Source of the DNA: Polyangiales bacterium
Lineage (GTDB): Bacteria; Myxococcota_A; Polyangia; Polyangiales; Houyiibacteriaceae
Direction of reading: 5' to 3'
Assembly (NCBI GenBank): GCA_045106895.1
Contig: JBGCFM010000039.1
Location: 96,001 to 160,000 of the forward strand
Length of the DNA stretch: 64,000 bases
Position 1 is the stretch's first letter. Each line of letters opens with the position of its first letter. Made by a program: the position numbers and the translations under genes. The notes beneath the pieces are model-generated. The model did not search any database. It had not been told where the DNA came from and saw only the letters and a program-made list of their open reading frames with translations. Shown here in pieces: positions 1-9,680 of the stretch.

Positions 1-2
1 GT

Positions 3-614
3 TCCGGGCATCAGCTCGTGACGCTCAACGGAACCGAACCCGTCGTAGCCGTGTTCGACATCGTGACAGGGGGCGCGGGACACGCACTTGCCCTATCCAG
101 TGCTTCAGAGCTCAGCGTTGGAAAGCGGAGAAAGGCCACAATCTTGGTGCTCCACAACGACAAGGAGGCGCTCCTCGCTGCACTTCTCGTCGCAAATGGC
201 GCTGCATCTCAGGGCATGGACGTGATGCTCTACTTTACGTTCTGGGGGCTCAATCTGCTGCGCGGAGACCTTCCGAACCCAGCACACAAGCCCGAGAAGG
301 TGTCGTGGTCCCAACGACTGTTTAAGTGGTTGATGCCGAAGGGACCCAAACGACAGGGCCTTGGAAAGCTCAACTTTGGCGGCATGGGTGGCGGTATGAT
401 GAAGTCGCTGATGAAAAAGAAGAACATCATGGACCTCCCTGAGCTTCTCGATGCGGCCCAGGAACAAGAGGTTCGCTTTGTAGCGTGCACAATGAGTATG
501 AACGTCATGGGGGTGACCAAACGTGATCTTCATCCGTACCCAACGTTAGAGTATGGCGGAGTGGCTGCGTTCGTCGAAAGCGCTGGTAGCTCAGAGATAA
601 GTTTGGTTTTCTAG
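3..614 (+). CDS. DsrE/DsrF-like (DsrE2/YrkE-type) sulfur-relay domain protein, 5'-truncated by the window edge; probably preceded by a TusA/SirA domain
   Basis: Motifs ANGAASQG, YFTFWGLNLL, KLNFGGMG, FVACTMSMNVMG, YGGVAAF. The frame is open to the edge (SGHQLV..., resembling the end of TusA/SirA). Confidence 0.85.
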   Translation, partial: SGHQLVTLNGTEPVVAVFDIVTGGAGHALALSSASELSVGKRRKATILVLHNDKEALLAALLVANGAASQGMDVMLYFTFWGLNLLRGDLPNPAHKPEKVSWSQRLFKWLMPKGPKRQGLGKLNFGGMGGGMMKSLMKKKNIMDLPELLDAAQEQEVRFVACTMSMNVMGVTKRDLHPYPTLEYGGVAAFVESAGSSEISLVF

Positions 615-627
615 TGACCAGCAGAGG

Positions 628-1338
628 TTGCGCCTAGGACACAAGGCTTCCCCACAAATCAGAACCATCAATGCACGAGACCATCAAGATTTGAACGCGA
701 ACGCTCAAGAGTTGTCCCCGGACGAGATCGATGCCGAGAACCATCTGATGATCGACATTCGACCGCGCGAAGAGCGGTACTCGGAGCTTGGATGGATCCC
801 CGCGAGCCTGTCGCTCTCAGGAGTTGGGGCAGAACGTCTGAGCTGGCTAAGAGAACAGCTGGAAGGCTCAGAGACAGCGGTTCTGTACTGCACTTCTGGG
901 CGCCGAAGCGAGAAGACCCTCGCAATTCTCGGAGCCGAGTACCCCAGACCTCTCGCACATCTCCGGGGAGGCGTTCTCGGGTGGAGTGCCGCGGGGCTAC
1001 CAACGTGCGGTCTCGTCGACGTCGAGCCTCCTGACTTTCTACTCTCGCTGGAAGCGCCCTCCCAGTTCCGACAAGCGCTTACTTCGTGTTTTGTCGCAGC
1101 GACGATGGAGTCAACGTTGAGTGATGATGATGCAGACCCGATGCAGACCTTAAGGAGCTGCTACGAGATCGAGGGCGTTAGTTGGGAAGACCCGAGCATC
1201 GATGACCTCTACTATGTGATCGACCGAATGGCGCTGGCTTCGCGCCGTCTGGGTGGCGACCTCGCAACGATCGTAGAGAATACAAACACGATGCATGAGG
1301 CGCTTGAACGAATGTCCGCACGTATCAACGGCGCGTAG
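628..1338 (+). CDS. Rhodanese-domain protein with an uncharacterised C-terminal domain
   Basis: IDIRPREE, GWIPAS, active-site loop YCTSGRRS, HLRGGVLGW. Start uncertain. Confidence 0.8.
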   Translation: MRLGHKASPQIRTINARDHQDLNANAQELSPDEIDAENHLMIDIRPREERYSELGWIPASLSLSGVGAERLSWLREQLEGSETAVLYCTSGRRSEKTLAILGAEYPRPLAHLRGGVLGWSAAGLPTCGLVDVEPPDFLLSLEAPSQFRQALTSCFVAATMESTLSDDDADPMQTLRSCYEIEGVSWEDPSIDDLYYVIDRMALASRRLGGDLATIVENTNTMHEALERMSARINGA

Positions 1339-1409
1339 ACAGAAGTCACTGTCCGCTCCTGCGGCAAGTAAACGTTGCTCTAACAGTTCGCCGCGGAGCA
1401 GTTCGTTCG

Positions 1410-2066
1410 CTAGCGAACGCGAAAACGAACGGCGTTGGAGACGAACTCGCCGGGCGCTGGCGCGGAGCCTGGAGCGCTCGCGCCGGAGCCGCGCATGTCG
1501 CCGCAGAGGCGGTAGACGACCCAGGCCTCGTAGTGGCCCGGCGCCCGTATCGTCGCGTTCTGGAGATGCTCGCCCCAGTCTCCGGGGAGCGTTGTGTTGA
1601 CGGCGCCGGGCGCGATGCGAACGTAGTCCTCGGCGCCCACGGCGTTCATCATGCCGCAGCGGCCGCCGTGAAAGTCCCAGCGATACACGGCGCTGGAGCT
1701 GACCTCGCGGACATAGAGGTCATAGCTTGGGTCGCGCATGTGCTCGGCGCTGCCGTCCATGGCCCGCATGACGGTGAGCGCGGATGTACTGCGATTCATG
1801 ACGCGCAGGGAGAAGCCGAGGGGCGCGTCGCTGCGTGCGTTCGCCCCACCGGCGAGGATGAACTCCAACGTCGAGGCCGGACGTGTTCGGGGAGGCGGCG
1901 GCGAGCCGTCGACACGGTAGAAGCCTGTTCCGTAGTCGCTCGGTGGGCTGAGTGTGTCGGCCTCTAGGGTCGGCAAGAGCGGGGCGCATGTTGCTGGGGC
2001 GGAGACGCTCTGCGCGAGGGTTGGGGCCGGGAGGAGTAGAGCCAGGAGGATGAGGTAGCGCGCCAT
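1410..2066 (-). CDS. Secreted hypothetical protein
   Basis: Signal peptide MARYLILLALLLPAPTLA from ATG 2066, in frame with ORF 1410..2297; codon usage typical of the window. Confidence 0.65.
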   Translation of the reverse strand: MARYLILLALLLPAPTLAQSVSAPATCAPLLPTLEADTLSPPSDYGTGFYRVDGSPPPPRTRPASTLEFILAGGANARSDAPLGFSLRVMNRSTSALTVMRAMDGSAEHMRDPSYDLYVREVSSSAVYRWDFHGGRCGMMNAVGAEDYVRIAPGAVNTTLPGDWGEHLQNATIRAPGHYEAWVVYRLCGDMRGSGASAPGSAPAPGEFVSNAVRFRVR

Positions 2067-2130
2067 GTTGGTGAGACGCCTCGCGGAGGGAAAGGTTTGG
2101 GTTGCGACGAAGAAAGTGCGATTCTGGGGT

Positions 2131-2433
2131 ATGGAACCCGTGTCTAAGGGCTGCGGCGATTGCGGGAGCGCGGACGTGCAGGCGGGCGGACTCTGCGGCG
2201 CCTGCAACGCGCGCTGGGAACTCTCTGCACTCTCCGCGAGCCAGCGGGCGACGCTCGACGCGATGGTAATCGCGAGCGAGAGAATCCGCGGCATCAAGTT
2301 TGTCCGAGAAGCGCTTGAGTGCAGCCTCGGCGATGCCGTGAGGTACTTTGGCGTTCGTTATGGGCAGCTTCGCGAAGAAGGCGCAGCATTTCCCGTTGAG
2401 CACGAAGAGTATTGGAAAGGGTTCTACTCCTAG
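2131..2433 (+). CDS. Small hypothetical protein with CxxC...CxxC
   Basis: ATG 2131; GCGDCG...LCGACN then a helical IKFVREALECSLGDA segment; ends YWKGFYS. Confidence 0.6.
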   Translation: MEPVSKGCGDCGSADVQAGGLCGACNARWELSALSASQRATLDAMVIASERIRGIKFVREALECSLGDAVRYFGVRYGQLREEGAAFPVEHEEYWKGFYS

Positions 2434-2454
2434 CTAGCCGCGCGCTCGCTTGCG

Positions 2455-3498
2455 CTACTCGGGCGTGCAATCGCGGGCATGTCGTTCGGCACCCAATCGT
2501 CTCGCGTGGCCCACCTCGAACTCTTCGAGGGCGTCTTCGAGGATCGCGCAACCTCGCTCGGTGTCACCAGCGTCGAGCCACATAAAGGCGCGCTCGACGG
2601 CGGCGTCGTCGCGGAGAAGCGAGGTGGGGAATTCGTCCTCGAGGGTGCGATACCAGCGGTCGGCGTCGCTTCTCCGCGCAGCGTCGGTGGCGACTGCGTC
2701 TCGGTGAATCTGCGCGATGAGCAGGTGCGCCTTGGGGAACCCCGGCAGGGTGTAGGAGCCACTGAGGTGTGTGGACTCCGCGCGCTCGAGCATACGTTCG
2801 AGGCGCTCGAGGGCGGCGTCTGGGTCCTGGGCCTGCAGGTCCATGGCGGCGAGGAGGAGAATCGCATCGTCCCAGCGTTCGCCGTGGGGATAAGGGTGCC
2901 GTTCCACGAGGAGCTCGAGGTCTTCCCGCGCCGCGGCGAGCTCTTCGAGGGCGACGTGCTCGTCGTGCATGCGCATGAGGATGTCGTCGCCGAGACTTGT
3001 TTCTCCGACCTCGGCGTCAAGGGAGACGAGTCGAGCGACGGTGGACCCAGGCGTCTCGCCGCGAAGTAGCCAGTGGAGCGCGCGTCCGGCGACGCCGCTC
3101 TCGGGATGTTCGCGGACGACGCGAAGGAAACCAGCCTGCGCGCCGACGGTGTCGCCCTGCTCCTGACGAAGCTTGGACGCATCGAAGAGCGCGCGGACGG
3201 TTCGTCGACTCGTCGGCCGCGTGGCAGCGATGGCGTCGAAGAGCGCGAGGGCTTCGGCGTGCTGACCGGCGTCGTGGAGCGTGCGCGCCTGGCGGTAACG
3301 CGCTTCATCGCGGTCGACTCGGCGTTCGGCGAGGGCGGCGGCCTCGCCAAAACCTGCGGCGGCTTCGTCATCGCGGCCGTGGTGCGCGTCACGCTCGGCT
3401 TGGGCGAGGCGCGCGTCGAAGGCTGGCGAGCGCGAACGCGAGAGCGTCGGCGGACAGGCGCTGAGGAGCAGCGGCAAGACAAGGACGAGCGCACGCAT
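2455..3498 (-). CDS. TPR-repeat lipoprotein (BamD/YfiO-like repeats)
   Basis: Lipobox LLSAC; repeated helical TPR-like units (EARYRQARTL, HPYPHGERWDDA, FPTSLLRDDA); 5 bp downstream of ltaE. Confidence 0.75.
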   Translation of the reverse strand: MRALVLVLPLLLSACPPTLSRSRSPAFDARLAQAERDAHHGRDDEAAAGFGEAAALAERRVDRDEARYRQARTLHDAGQHAEALALFDAIAATRPTSRRTVRALFDASKLRQEQGDTVGAQAGFLRVVREHPESGVAGRALHWLLRGETPGSTVARLVSLDAEVGETSLGDDILMRMHDEHVALEELAAAREDLELLVERHPYPHGERWDDAILLLAAMDLQAQDPDAALERLERMLERAESTHLSGSYTLPGFPKAHLLIAQIHRDAVATDAARRSDADRWYRTLEDEFPTSLLRDDAAVERAFMWLDAGDTERGCAILEDALEEFEVGHARRLGAERHARDCTPE

Positions 3499-3503
3499 CG
3501 GTG

Positions 3504-4517
3504 TCAGAGCGCGGCGAGGATGGCTTTGGCGGCGCGCTCGATGTCAGCGTCGTCGAGGTCGCGGTGCGTGACGGCGCGCACTTCCGTCGGACTGATGGCG
3601 CCGAGTCCGACTTCCGAGGCGAGCTTCTTCGTAAAGTCCGCGGCGCTGTGAACGGCGGGGTCGACGCGGAAGACGACGATGTTGGTCTCGACGACGCCGC
3701 AGCTCGCGCCCCCCTCACGCAAAAGCTCGGCGAAACGCCGCGCTCTTTTGTGGTCCGTCGCGAGATCGCCCATGTGGTGGTCGAGGGCGTGGAGTGCGCC
3801 GGCGGCGACGATGCCCGCTTGGCGGAGCGCTCCGCCCATGCGGCGCCGGTAGCGGAGCGCTTCTTCACGCCGGTCTGCGGACATGACGATGGCGGAGCCC
3901 ATCGGCGCGCCGAGGCCTTTGCTGAAGCAGACGCTGATGGTGTCGGCGTGGGCGGCGATGGCCGCGGGTGAGACATCCAGGGCCGTGGCGGCGTTCCAGA
4001 TTCGGGCGCCATCGAGGTGGACGACGAGCTTGTGCTCCCGTGCGAGGGCGACGGTGGCGGCGAGGGTTTCTTGGGGGAAGACCCGGCCGCCGCTGTGGTT
4101 GTGCGTGTTCTCGACGGCAAGGAGACGGGGGCGCGGGTAATAGAAGACGTCCGGGAGCACCACCTCCGCAAGGTCCTCGGGCCCGAAAACGCCGGTCTTC
4201 GCTTCGAAGAACTGCACGCCGGCGAAGGCGGAGGAGGCGCCGCTTTCGTAGAGCGCCATGTGCGTGCCCTTCCCGCAGAAGACGGCGTCGCCGGGCTTGC
4301 AGTGGAGCATGAGCGCGATCTGGTTCGCCATGGTGCCGCTGGGTACGTAGAGCGCGCTCTCTTTGCCGAGGAGCTCCGCCACGCGCGCTTCGAGGGCGAG
4401 GATGGTGGGGTCTTCGCCGTACACGTCGTCGCCGACTTCGGCGGAGGCCATGGCTTTGCGCATGGCGTCGGTGGGTTTGGTAACGGTATCGGAACGGAGA
4501 TCGACGAAGGCACTCAT
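3504..4517 (-). CDS. ltaE: Low-specificity L-threonine aldolase
   Basis: [49 protein letters not shown] (PLP Lys), GGALRQAG. Confidence 0.95.
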   Translation of the reverse strand: MSAFVDLRSDTVTKPTDAMRKAMASAEVGDDVYGEDPTILALEARVAELLGKESALYVPSGTMANQIALMLHCKPGDAVFCGKGTHMALYESGASSAFAGVQFFEAKTGVFGPEDLAEVVLPDVFYYPRPRLLAVENTHNHSGGRVFPQETLAATVALAREHKLVVHLDGARIWNAATALDVSPAAIAAHADTISVCFSKGLGAPMGSAIVMSADRREEALRYRRRMGGALRQAGIVAAGALHALDHHMGDLATDHKRARRFAELLREGGASCGVVETNIVVFRVDPAVHSAADFTKKLASEVGLGAISPTEVRAVTHRDLDDADIERAAKAILAAL

Positions 4518-4595
4518 AGGCCCGGGAGCGTCCTACCCTGCGGGGTCTGCGTCAATGGTCTAGTCGTGCGTCAGTCATGGCGCTAGGTTCTCCGA

Positions 4596-6098
4596 ATGAT
4601 CCATCGCAGCAGAACTCTGCACGCCCTGGCCGCCTTGATATTCGCATCCCTGACCACCGCATGCGCGCCTCGGGGAACTTCGACACCGACGCATCCAGCA
4701 AGCCAGCCGGCGACGAGTCAGTCTGAGTCTCTGTACCGCTGCGGCATCACCATTGCGCAAACTTCAGGGGACGAGGGCGCTCGTATGAGCATCACGCTTA
4801 GCGGCTATGGGCCCTCGGCGGAAGATGCGCGCTCCCAGGCACACTTGGTGGCCCTGGAGAGTGCAGAGCTCATCGACGGGGGAACGATCTGGGCGCAGTT
4901 CCTGGGCGCAAGTTTCACGGAAGGCGCGGTGACTCTTCCCCGGCTCTCGGAGATATTCGCCGTCTCTCCCGCGGCGAACGCTTCGCCAGGTTGGGACTTT
5001 CGCCCCGGAGCGTGCCAGCCCATGGACAGCGCAGGTCCGGAAGCGAACAGCGAGGCACGAGTGAACGTTCGGTGGGGAGCCGGCACCCAGGCGCAAGCGA
5101 GCAGCGACTCGATGGCGATGGCCATCGAACAAGCACGTCGGCGCTCCTGCCACGCCGCGTGGGCCGAGACATTCTACGCCTCCTTCAACAACACCGCTTC
5201 GGCGCCACCGTCTGTCCGCAGCGAGGTCTTTCAAGCGGGGGTTTCAGAACTAAACGCAGCTTTTGGCGCCTGCATCGCCTCGGATGACTACGTCGTTGAA
5301 GCGTCTCAGCACCCTCGCCTCGCTGCGACGGGCGCGGAGTTTTGCGCAGTCTCGACGGCGGCGGATGAGCGCACACTTTTTGATGGCAAAGCACAAGGCA
5401 GCTCCCGCGCGCACGCCCTGGAGCGTGCTTCCCTCCAAGCGATCCGAGGGACATTGCAGGCGACGCATTCTGCGCTGGCCGAAGCTCTCGCCGATGAAGC
5501 ACCGGATCTGCGGATGATGCTGCTGGCACGCACGCTGAGCAACGGTATTCGCGCTATCGGCGCACAGTCCATCGTCGGCAACGCGCGCTCACGCTGCGCG
5601 CCGGTGGAACAAGACCTCGTGGCAGAGTGGCACCCCGAGAGTGCATGTGGTGACGGCTTTGTGGGTGCGCCGTGGAGCGCCAACGTGTGCGCGCAGGTCG
5701 CCGAAGTCGGCCGAGGACACGTGCGGGACGCCGTGGCGGCGATGGGCGAAGACGCAGACCCGAATGAGGCGGCTTTAGTCTTGGCCAACGGATTCGGCGT
5801 CGTGTCGGGATGCGCCCACGATTGCGGGTCGGAGGTCCAAGTCACTGGGTTGGGGGCGTTCGTTCGGACCCGCGGGGCGCACTGCCGCTCGGAAACGGAT
5901 GCGCGAGCCATCGTCGAGCGCGGCATCGCGGAACGCAAGCTCAGCGGCCTCCTGCACTGCGCGAGCCCCGCGCTCTTTGGTGCTTTCGTGAGCCGCTACC
6001 AAGAGGACGCTGAGCGATTCTGGGACGCCGTGAGCGGGATCCGTGAGCGGCTGACGTTCACGGAGGAAGACGGGCGCTACTGGGCCCAGATGCCGTAG
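4596..6098 (+). CDS. Hypothetical lipoprotein with scattered Cys pairs
   Basis: 500-aa ORF, lipobox LTTAC; no recognisable domain. Confidence 0.65.
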   Translation: MIHRSRTLHALAALIFASLTTACAPRGTSTPTHPASQPATSQSESLYRCGITIAQTSGDEGARMSITLSGYGPSAEDARSQAHLVALESAELIDGGTIWAQFLGASFTEGAVTLPRLSEIFAVSPAANASPGWDFRPGACQPMDSAGPEANSEARVNVRWGAGTQAQASSDSMAMAIEQARRRSCHAAWAETFYASFNNTASAPPSVRSEVFQAGVSELNAAFGACIASDDYVVEASQHPRLAATGAEFCAVSTAADERTLFDGKAQGSSRAHALERASLQAIRGTLQATHSALAEALADEAPDLRMMLLARTLSNGIRAIGAQSIVGNARSRCAPVEQDLVAEWHPESACGDGFVGAPWSANVCAQVAEVGRGHVRDAVAAMGEDADPNEAALVLANGFGVVSGCAHDCGSEVQVTGLGAFVRTRGAHCRSETDARAIVERGIAERKLSGLLHCASPALFGAFVSRYQEDAERFWDAVSGIRERLTFTEEDGRYWAQMP

Positions 6099-6104
6099 GC
6101 TGCC

Positions 6105-6542
6105 TCAGAACGCCGTCGGCGCGTCCGATGCGGGTACATCCGGAAAGCCACTTGGGACGAAACACGAATAGGTACCGCCGGACGAGAGTGTGTAGTTGGC
6201 GATGGTTTGGTGACCGCGAATTTGCGCCAAGTACGAGTATCGAATGTCGATGACGTCGTCGCCTTTGCGCAAAGCCATGAGGCCCGGGTCGAGGCGGAAA
6301 CGGCGTATGGCGAAGGCAACCCCGGCAAGCCCGCTGAGGAGTACGACGACGAAGATCCCCAAGAGCACGAAGAACTCGCTTCCTTCACTTCCGCCGCTTA
6401 TTCCCACGCCGATCATGATCACTGTTCCCAACAGACCGAGGACCATAAGAGGAACGCCGGCCACGCCTAGGATCACGTTGCGCGAACGTCTGGCGTCGGC
6501 CTCCGCATAAGGCAGGAGCTCATGGGCCTTGGGCAGTCTCAT
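6105..6542 (-). CDS. Small membrane protein (2 TM)
   Basis: Two hydrophobic segments then a small soluble domain; the start lies inside the 17-bp repeat. Confidence 0.65.
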   Translation of the reverse strand: MRLPKAHELLPYAEADARRSRNVILGVAGVPLMVLGLLGTVIMIGVGISGGSEGSEFFVLLGIFVVVLLSGLAGVAFAIRRFRLDPGLMALRKGDDVIDIRYSYLAQIRGHQTIANYTLSSGGTYSCFVPSGFPDVPASDAPTAF

Positions 6543-6624
6543 TGGACGTGCAGCCTCATTGGACGTGCGGTCTCACTAGAAGCACAGTCTCACTAAACGC
6601 GCAGCCTCACTGGACGCGCAGACT
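6533..6624. repeat. 17-bp tandem repeat, about 5.4 copies, spanning the junction of two genes
   Basis: Units gcagtctcattggacgt / gcagcctcattggacgt / gcggtctcactagaagc / acagtctcactaaacgc / gcagcctcactggacgc / gcagact. Confidence 0.95.
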
Positions 6625-7098
6625 ATCGGGAGAATCGCGAAACCTCGCGTCAAGCTGTGGCGTGAACCCCGTCGTCGCGTGCGGGACATAAGCCGCCAGT
6701 GCGTGAAGCACCGCGCCTTCTTGCCCCGCCTCGCATGGGACCACAAAGAACTGCCCGTCGCTCATTCCGCAGCGGACCATAGCGACGTTGGCGGAGCCGG
6801 TGACCACCCGCACGTGGAGCCAGACGATGTCGTTCCAGCGGGAGGGCAGCAACTGCAGTGACTTGGCCTTGGCAGGGTCACGAAATGATAGGAAGACAGG
6901 AATCAGACCAAGCGGCCCGAAGCATGTGCCAATGAACCAGAGCTTCTGATTATTGCCGCTGAAGGCAAAATACGCCAAGCCTGCGAGAAGGCCCATTATT
7001 GCCATGTATAAGATGCCCATCTTGCGAAAGTCCGCGTACCTCGACCGCACTTGGGCGAGGATGAGGGCCTCGAGACTCTCGGGCATAGGAGTGCTCAT
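6607..7098 (-). CDS. Small membrane protein (2 TM)
   Basis: Two TM segments then a beta-rich domain; the stop lies inside the 17-bp repeat. Confidence 0.7.
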   Translation of the reverse strand: MSTPMPESLEALILAQVRSRYADFRKMGILYMAIMGLLAGLAYFAFSGNNQKLWFIGTCFGPLGLIPVFLSFRDPAKAKSLQLLPSRWNDIVWLHVRVVTGSANVAMVRCGMSDGQFFVVPCEAGQEGAVLHALAAYVPHATTGFTPQLDARFRDSPDSLRVQ

Positions 7099-7161
7099 GA
7101 CTCTTGTACGCTCCTGTTCCGTGTAGCTTCCTTACGTTTCGATTGAAATTTGCACCTATTT

Positions 7162-8346
7162 TCAGAGGCGGCGGCAGACACTTGCGTTCGAAGGGGAGCA
7201 CGCAACGGAGCAAGCCGCGCTGCAGGTGGCGGACGTCAACGTGTACCCCTCGGGGCAGCCAGCGCCGCAGGATGTAACCTCGGCGGACTCGGCGAGAGCA
7301 CAAGTGGCGGAGTTATAGCCAGTGGAACACGGGCCGCAGGATGGGTTGCACAGAATGGCGCTCCTGTAGTGAGTGTTGGGGCAGGTGAGACCGCAAACGG
7401 AAAACGAAGCCGTGCAGTTGGGGGTGCAAGTGATGGTGTTGTAGGCGCCGTTGCAGGACCCGGCACATTCGCTCGGGTCACAGCGAAGAGCACTCCAGTG
7501 ATATCCCGCGGGACAGCCGGCGGTGCACTTGTCGAACGCATCGCAAGTGCACGTATCGCAGCCACCCCAGGTGCATGACGCCGTGCACGTTTGTGAAGTG
7601 CAGGTGCCGCAAACGTTGGTGGCGCCGGGAGAGCACACGCCCTCGCCGCTGCAGGCCCCGAAGAGATCCCAGCGGCAAGACTCGTTGCAAGTGCGGCTTC
7701 GCGTTCCGCAGTTGCCGCACTCGCTCGTGTCCGTCTCTCCGGCGGCGCATTCACCTTCGCTCGAGCAAGCGCCCCACTCACCCCATCCGCAGCCTGCGTT
7801 GCACAGACGCTCGCGAGTTCCGCAGTTGCCGCAGGGCTCAGTTTCTCGAGCGCCGGGCTCACAGGTCCCCGCTTCGGTTCCGCACGCCACGCACATCCCC
7901 GTGACGCATTCACCGCCGCCGGGGCAAGGCGTCCCCGGACAGCACGCGCCACCGGGCGCGCCGCACGCTTGGCACTGGCCGGCCTCACAAGAGAAGCCCG
8001 TCGCGCACGCGTCTCCCAGGCAGCAGGGCTGTCCAGTGCGACCACAGGACTGACAGATGCCGTCTTCGCAGACGAGGATGCCCCGGCATGTATCACCGGG
8101 GTCACAGCAGTCGAAGCCTTCAAAACCACAGCCCATGTCCGGGCCGCGGTCAAAACCGGTGTCGACGAACTCGTCGGCGTCGACAGCGCCTACGTCTTCA
8201 ACGCCGAAGTCCGGCGTCACGACGTCCGGCGCGCAGCCATCGCAACGCTCGGTATTGGGCCCCGATCCGCGTGCGCACGAGACGAGGAGACAAGCCAAAG
8301 CGCTGACGTAGAGCAGCGAACTGGCGCGGCCTAGCAGGGGAGACAC
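7162..8346 (-). CDS. Cysteine-rich repeat lipoprotein
   Basis: Likely GTG start 8346 overlapping the upstream gene; lipobox LVSC; CC-x5-C units and duplicated CGNCGTRxRxC...WGxWGAC (TSP1-like) units. Confidence 0.75.
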   Translation of the reverse strand: MSPLLGRASSLLYVSALACLLVSCARGSGPNTERCDGCAPDVVTPDFGVEDVGAVDADEFVDTGFDRGPDMGCGFEGFDCCDPGDTCRGILVCEDGICQSCGRTGQPCCLGDACATGFSCEAGQCQACGAPGGACCPGTPCPGGGECVTGMCVACGTEAGTCEPGARETEPCGNCGTRERLCNAGCGWGEWGACSSEGECAAGETDTSECGNCGTRSRTCNESCRWDLFGACSGEGVCSPGATNVCGTCTSQTCTASCTWGGCDTCTCDAFDKCTAGCPAGYHWSALRCDPSECAGSCNGAYNTITCTPNCTASFSVCGLTCPNTHYRSAILCNPSCGPCSTGYNSATCALAESAEVTSCGAGCPEGYTLTSATCSAACSVACSPSNASVCRRL

Positions 8347-9473
8347 ACCAGGAGTCCATTGTGGAAAATCCGGTCGTAGAGCGTGTTGTCGCAGATGGGC
8401 TCGCACGACCAAACCTGCTCATTCGCAAGGAACGTCGGGACCTGGGAACCTCCGCAGACGATGTCCGGCGGTCCAGCGCAGACGCGTTTGAACCCGTAGA
8501 GGTAACCGTAGCGGGCGATGAACTCGCAAGGCGGCTCGCAGCGCCAGCGTCCGCCCGTCTGGTAGGTGGGGTACTGGTTTTCCGCGCAGGTCGGGGGTGG
8601 TGGCGCGCAGACGAAGCCGCCGTCGCGGAGCGTCACCTGGACTTGGCCGTTGCTGCAGGGCGTGTTCCCGCAGGTCATCGGCATCACCGGCTCGCCGTCG
8701 CCGGGCTCGAGCTGGGGGGGGCCAGCGATGGGCGGAAAGGTAGAGCGCTCCGTGTAGATGGGCCCTTGGCCGTTCGGGCAGACCGGCGTCGCGCAGGCGT
8801 CGTCGTCACGGCAGTCGTCGTCGTCGCAGTCGATGCTGCCGTCGCAGTCTTCATCCGCTCCGCCCCAGCACACGGCCTCCGTGGGCGTGCAGGACATGGT
8901 GCAGACGTCATCGTCGCGGCACGCGGGGTCTTCGCAGTCGATGAGTCCATTGCAGTCGTCGTCGACGCCGTCGTCGCAGGCCGCTTCGATCTGCACAGTG
9001 GAAACGCAGCGTGCGTCGGACTCATCGACTAGGCCGTCGCAGTCTTCGTCGAGCCCCGTCGCGCTGATCTCCGTGCTCGGCAAATCTTGGTCGACGCAGA
9101 GCCCCCATACGCCGACCTCGCCTTCGGGTTCGCAGGCTTGCTGTCCCGCGCTGCACTCACCGACTTCGTCGGCGCCAACGGGCCCAAGCCAGCACGCGCG
9201 TACCGTGCCCACGGTGCAGTCGCAGCCGTTGTCGATGCGACCGTCGGCGTCGTCATCCACGCCATTGCCGCAGACCTCCGTGCGCGGTTCACCGAGGCCC
9301 TCGCCGGCGTCGCCGCCGCCATCCTCGCCGGTGTCGAACTGGGCATCGACGGCGCTGTCCCCGAGCCCCGTGTCGCCACGGCGGGCGTCCGCGCCGCCAT
9401 CCTCGCCGCCCAGCGTCCCGCCGCCGCAGGCCATGAGCAATCCGGTCAAGAGCGCGAGGTGCCGTAGCGTCAT
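8331..9473 (-). CDS. Cys/Asp-rich lipoprotein with MopE-like putative metal-binding repeats
   Basis: Lipobox LMAC, acidic linker, repeats EVCGNGVDDDADGRID, DEDCDGLVDE, DDDCNGLIDC. Confidence 0.8.
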   Translation of the reverse strand: MTLRHLALLTGLLMACGGGTLGGEDGGADARRGDTGLGDSAVDAQFDTGEDGGGDAGEGLGEPRTEVCGNGVDDDADGRIDNGCDCTVGTVRACWLGPVGADEVGECSAGQQACEPEGEVGVWGLCVDQDLPSTEISATGLDEDCDGLVDESDARCVSTVQIEAACDDGVDDDCNGLIDCEDPACRDDDVCTMSCTPTEAVCWGGADEDCDGSIDCDDDDCRDDDACATPVCPNGQGPIYTERSTFPPIAGPPQLEPGDGEPVMPMTCGNTPCSNGQVQVTLRDGGFVCAPPPPTCAENQYPTYQTGGRWRCEPPCEFIARYGYLYGFKRVCAGPPDIVCGGSQVPTFLANEQVWSCEPICDNTLYDRIFHNGLLVCLPC

Positions 9474-9680
9474 TTCGTGATGTTACGTGATCTCGCCGCC
9501 GGAGTGGAGAGGGGCGCCGTAAATCCCTCGTAGCGAGGACGCCTTACTTCCCCTCTATCGCCCTAACGAGTCGTAACTACTGCTCTCTACGGCACCCTGG
9601 CGCTGACTCGCCGGCGAGGGAGTCAAACAAAGGCGTCAAGGACCCAAGGATTGACAGGCGAGCTACGTCTAGGAAGGACC

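Noticed and set aside
1355..1412. Integron attC site
   Set aside because: There is an imperfect hairpin and a CTCTAAC, but the R boxes do not flank the stem correctly, and there is no array or integrase.
6533..6624. CRISPR array
   Set aside because: Units are contiguous 17-mers with no spacers, and no cas genes are present.
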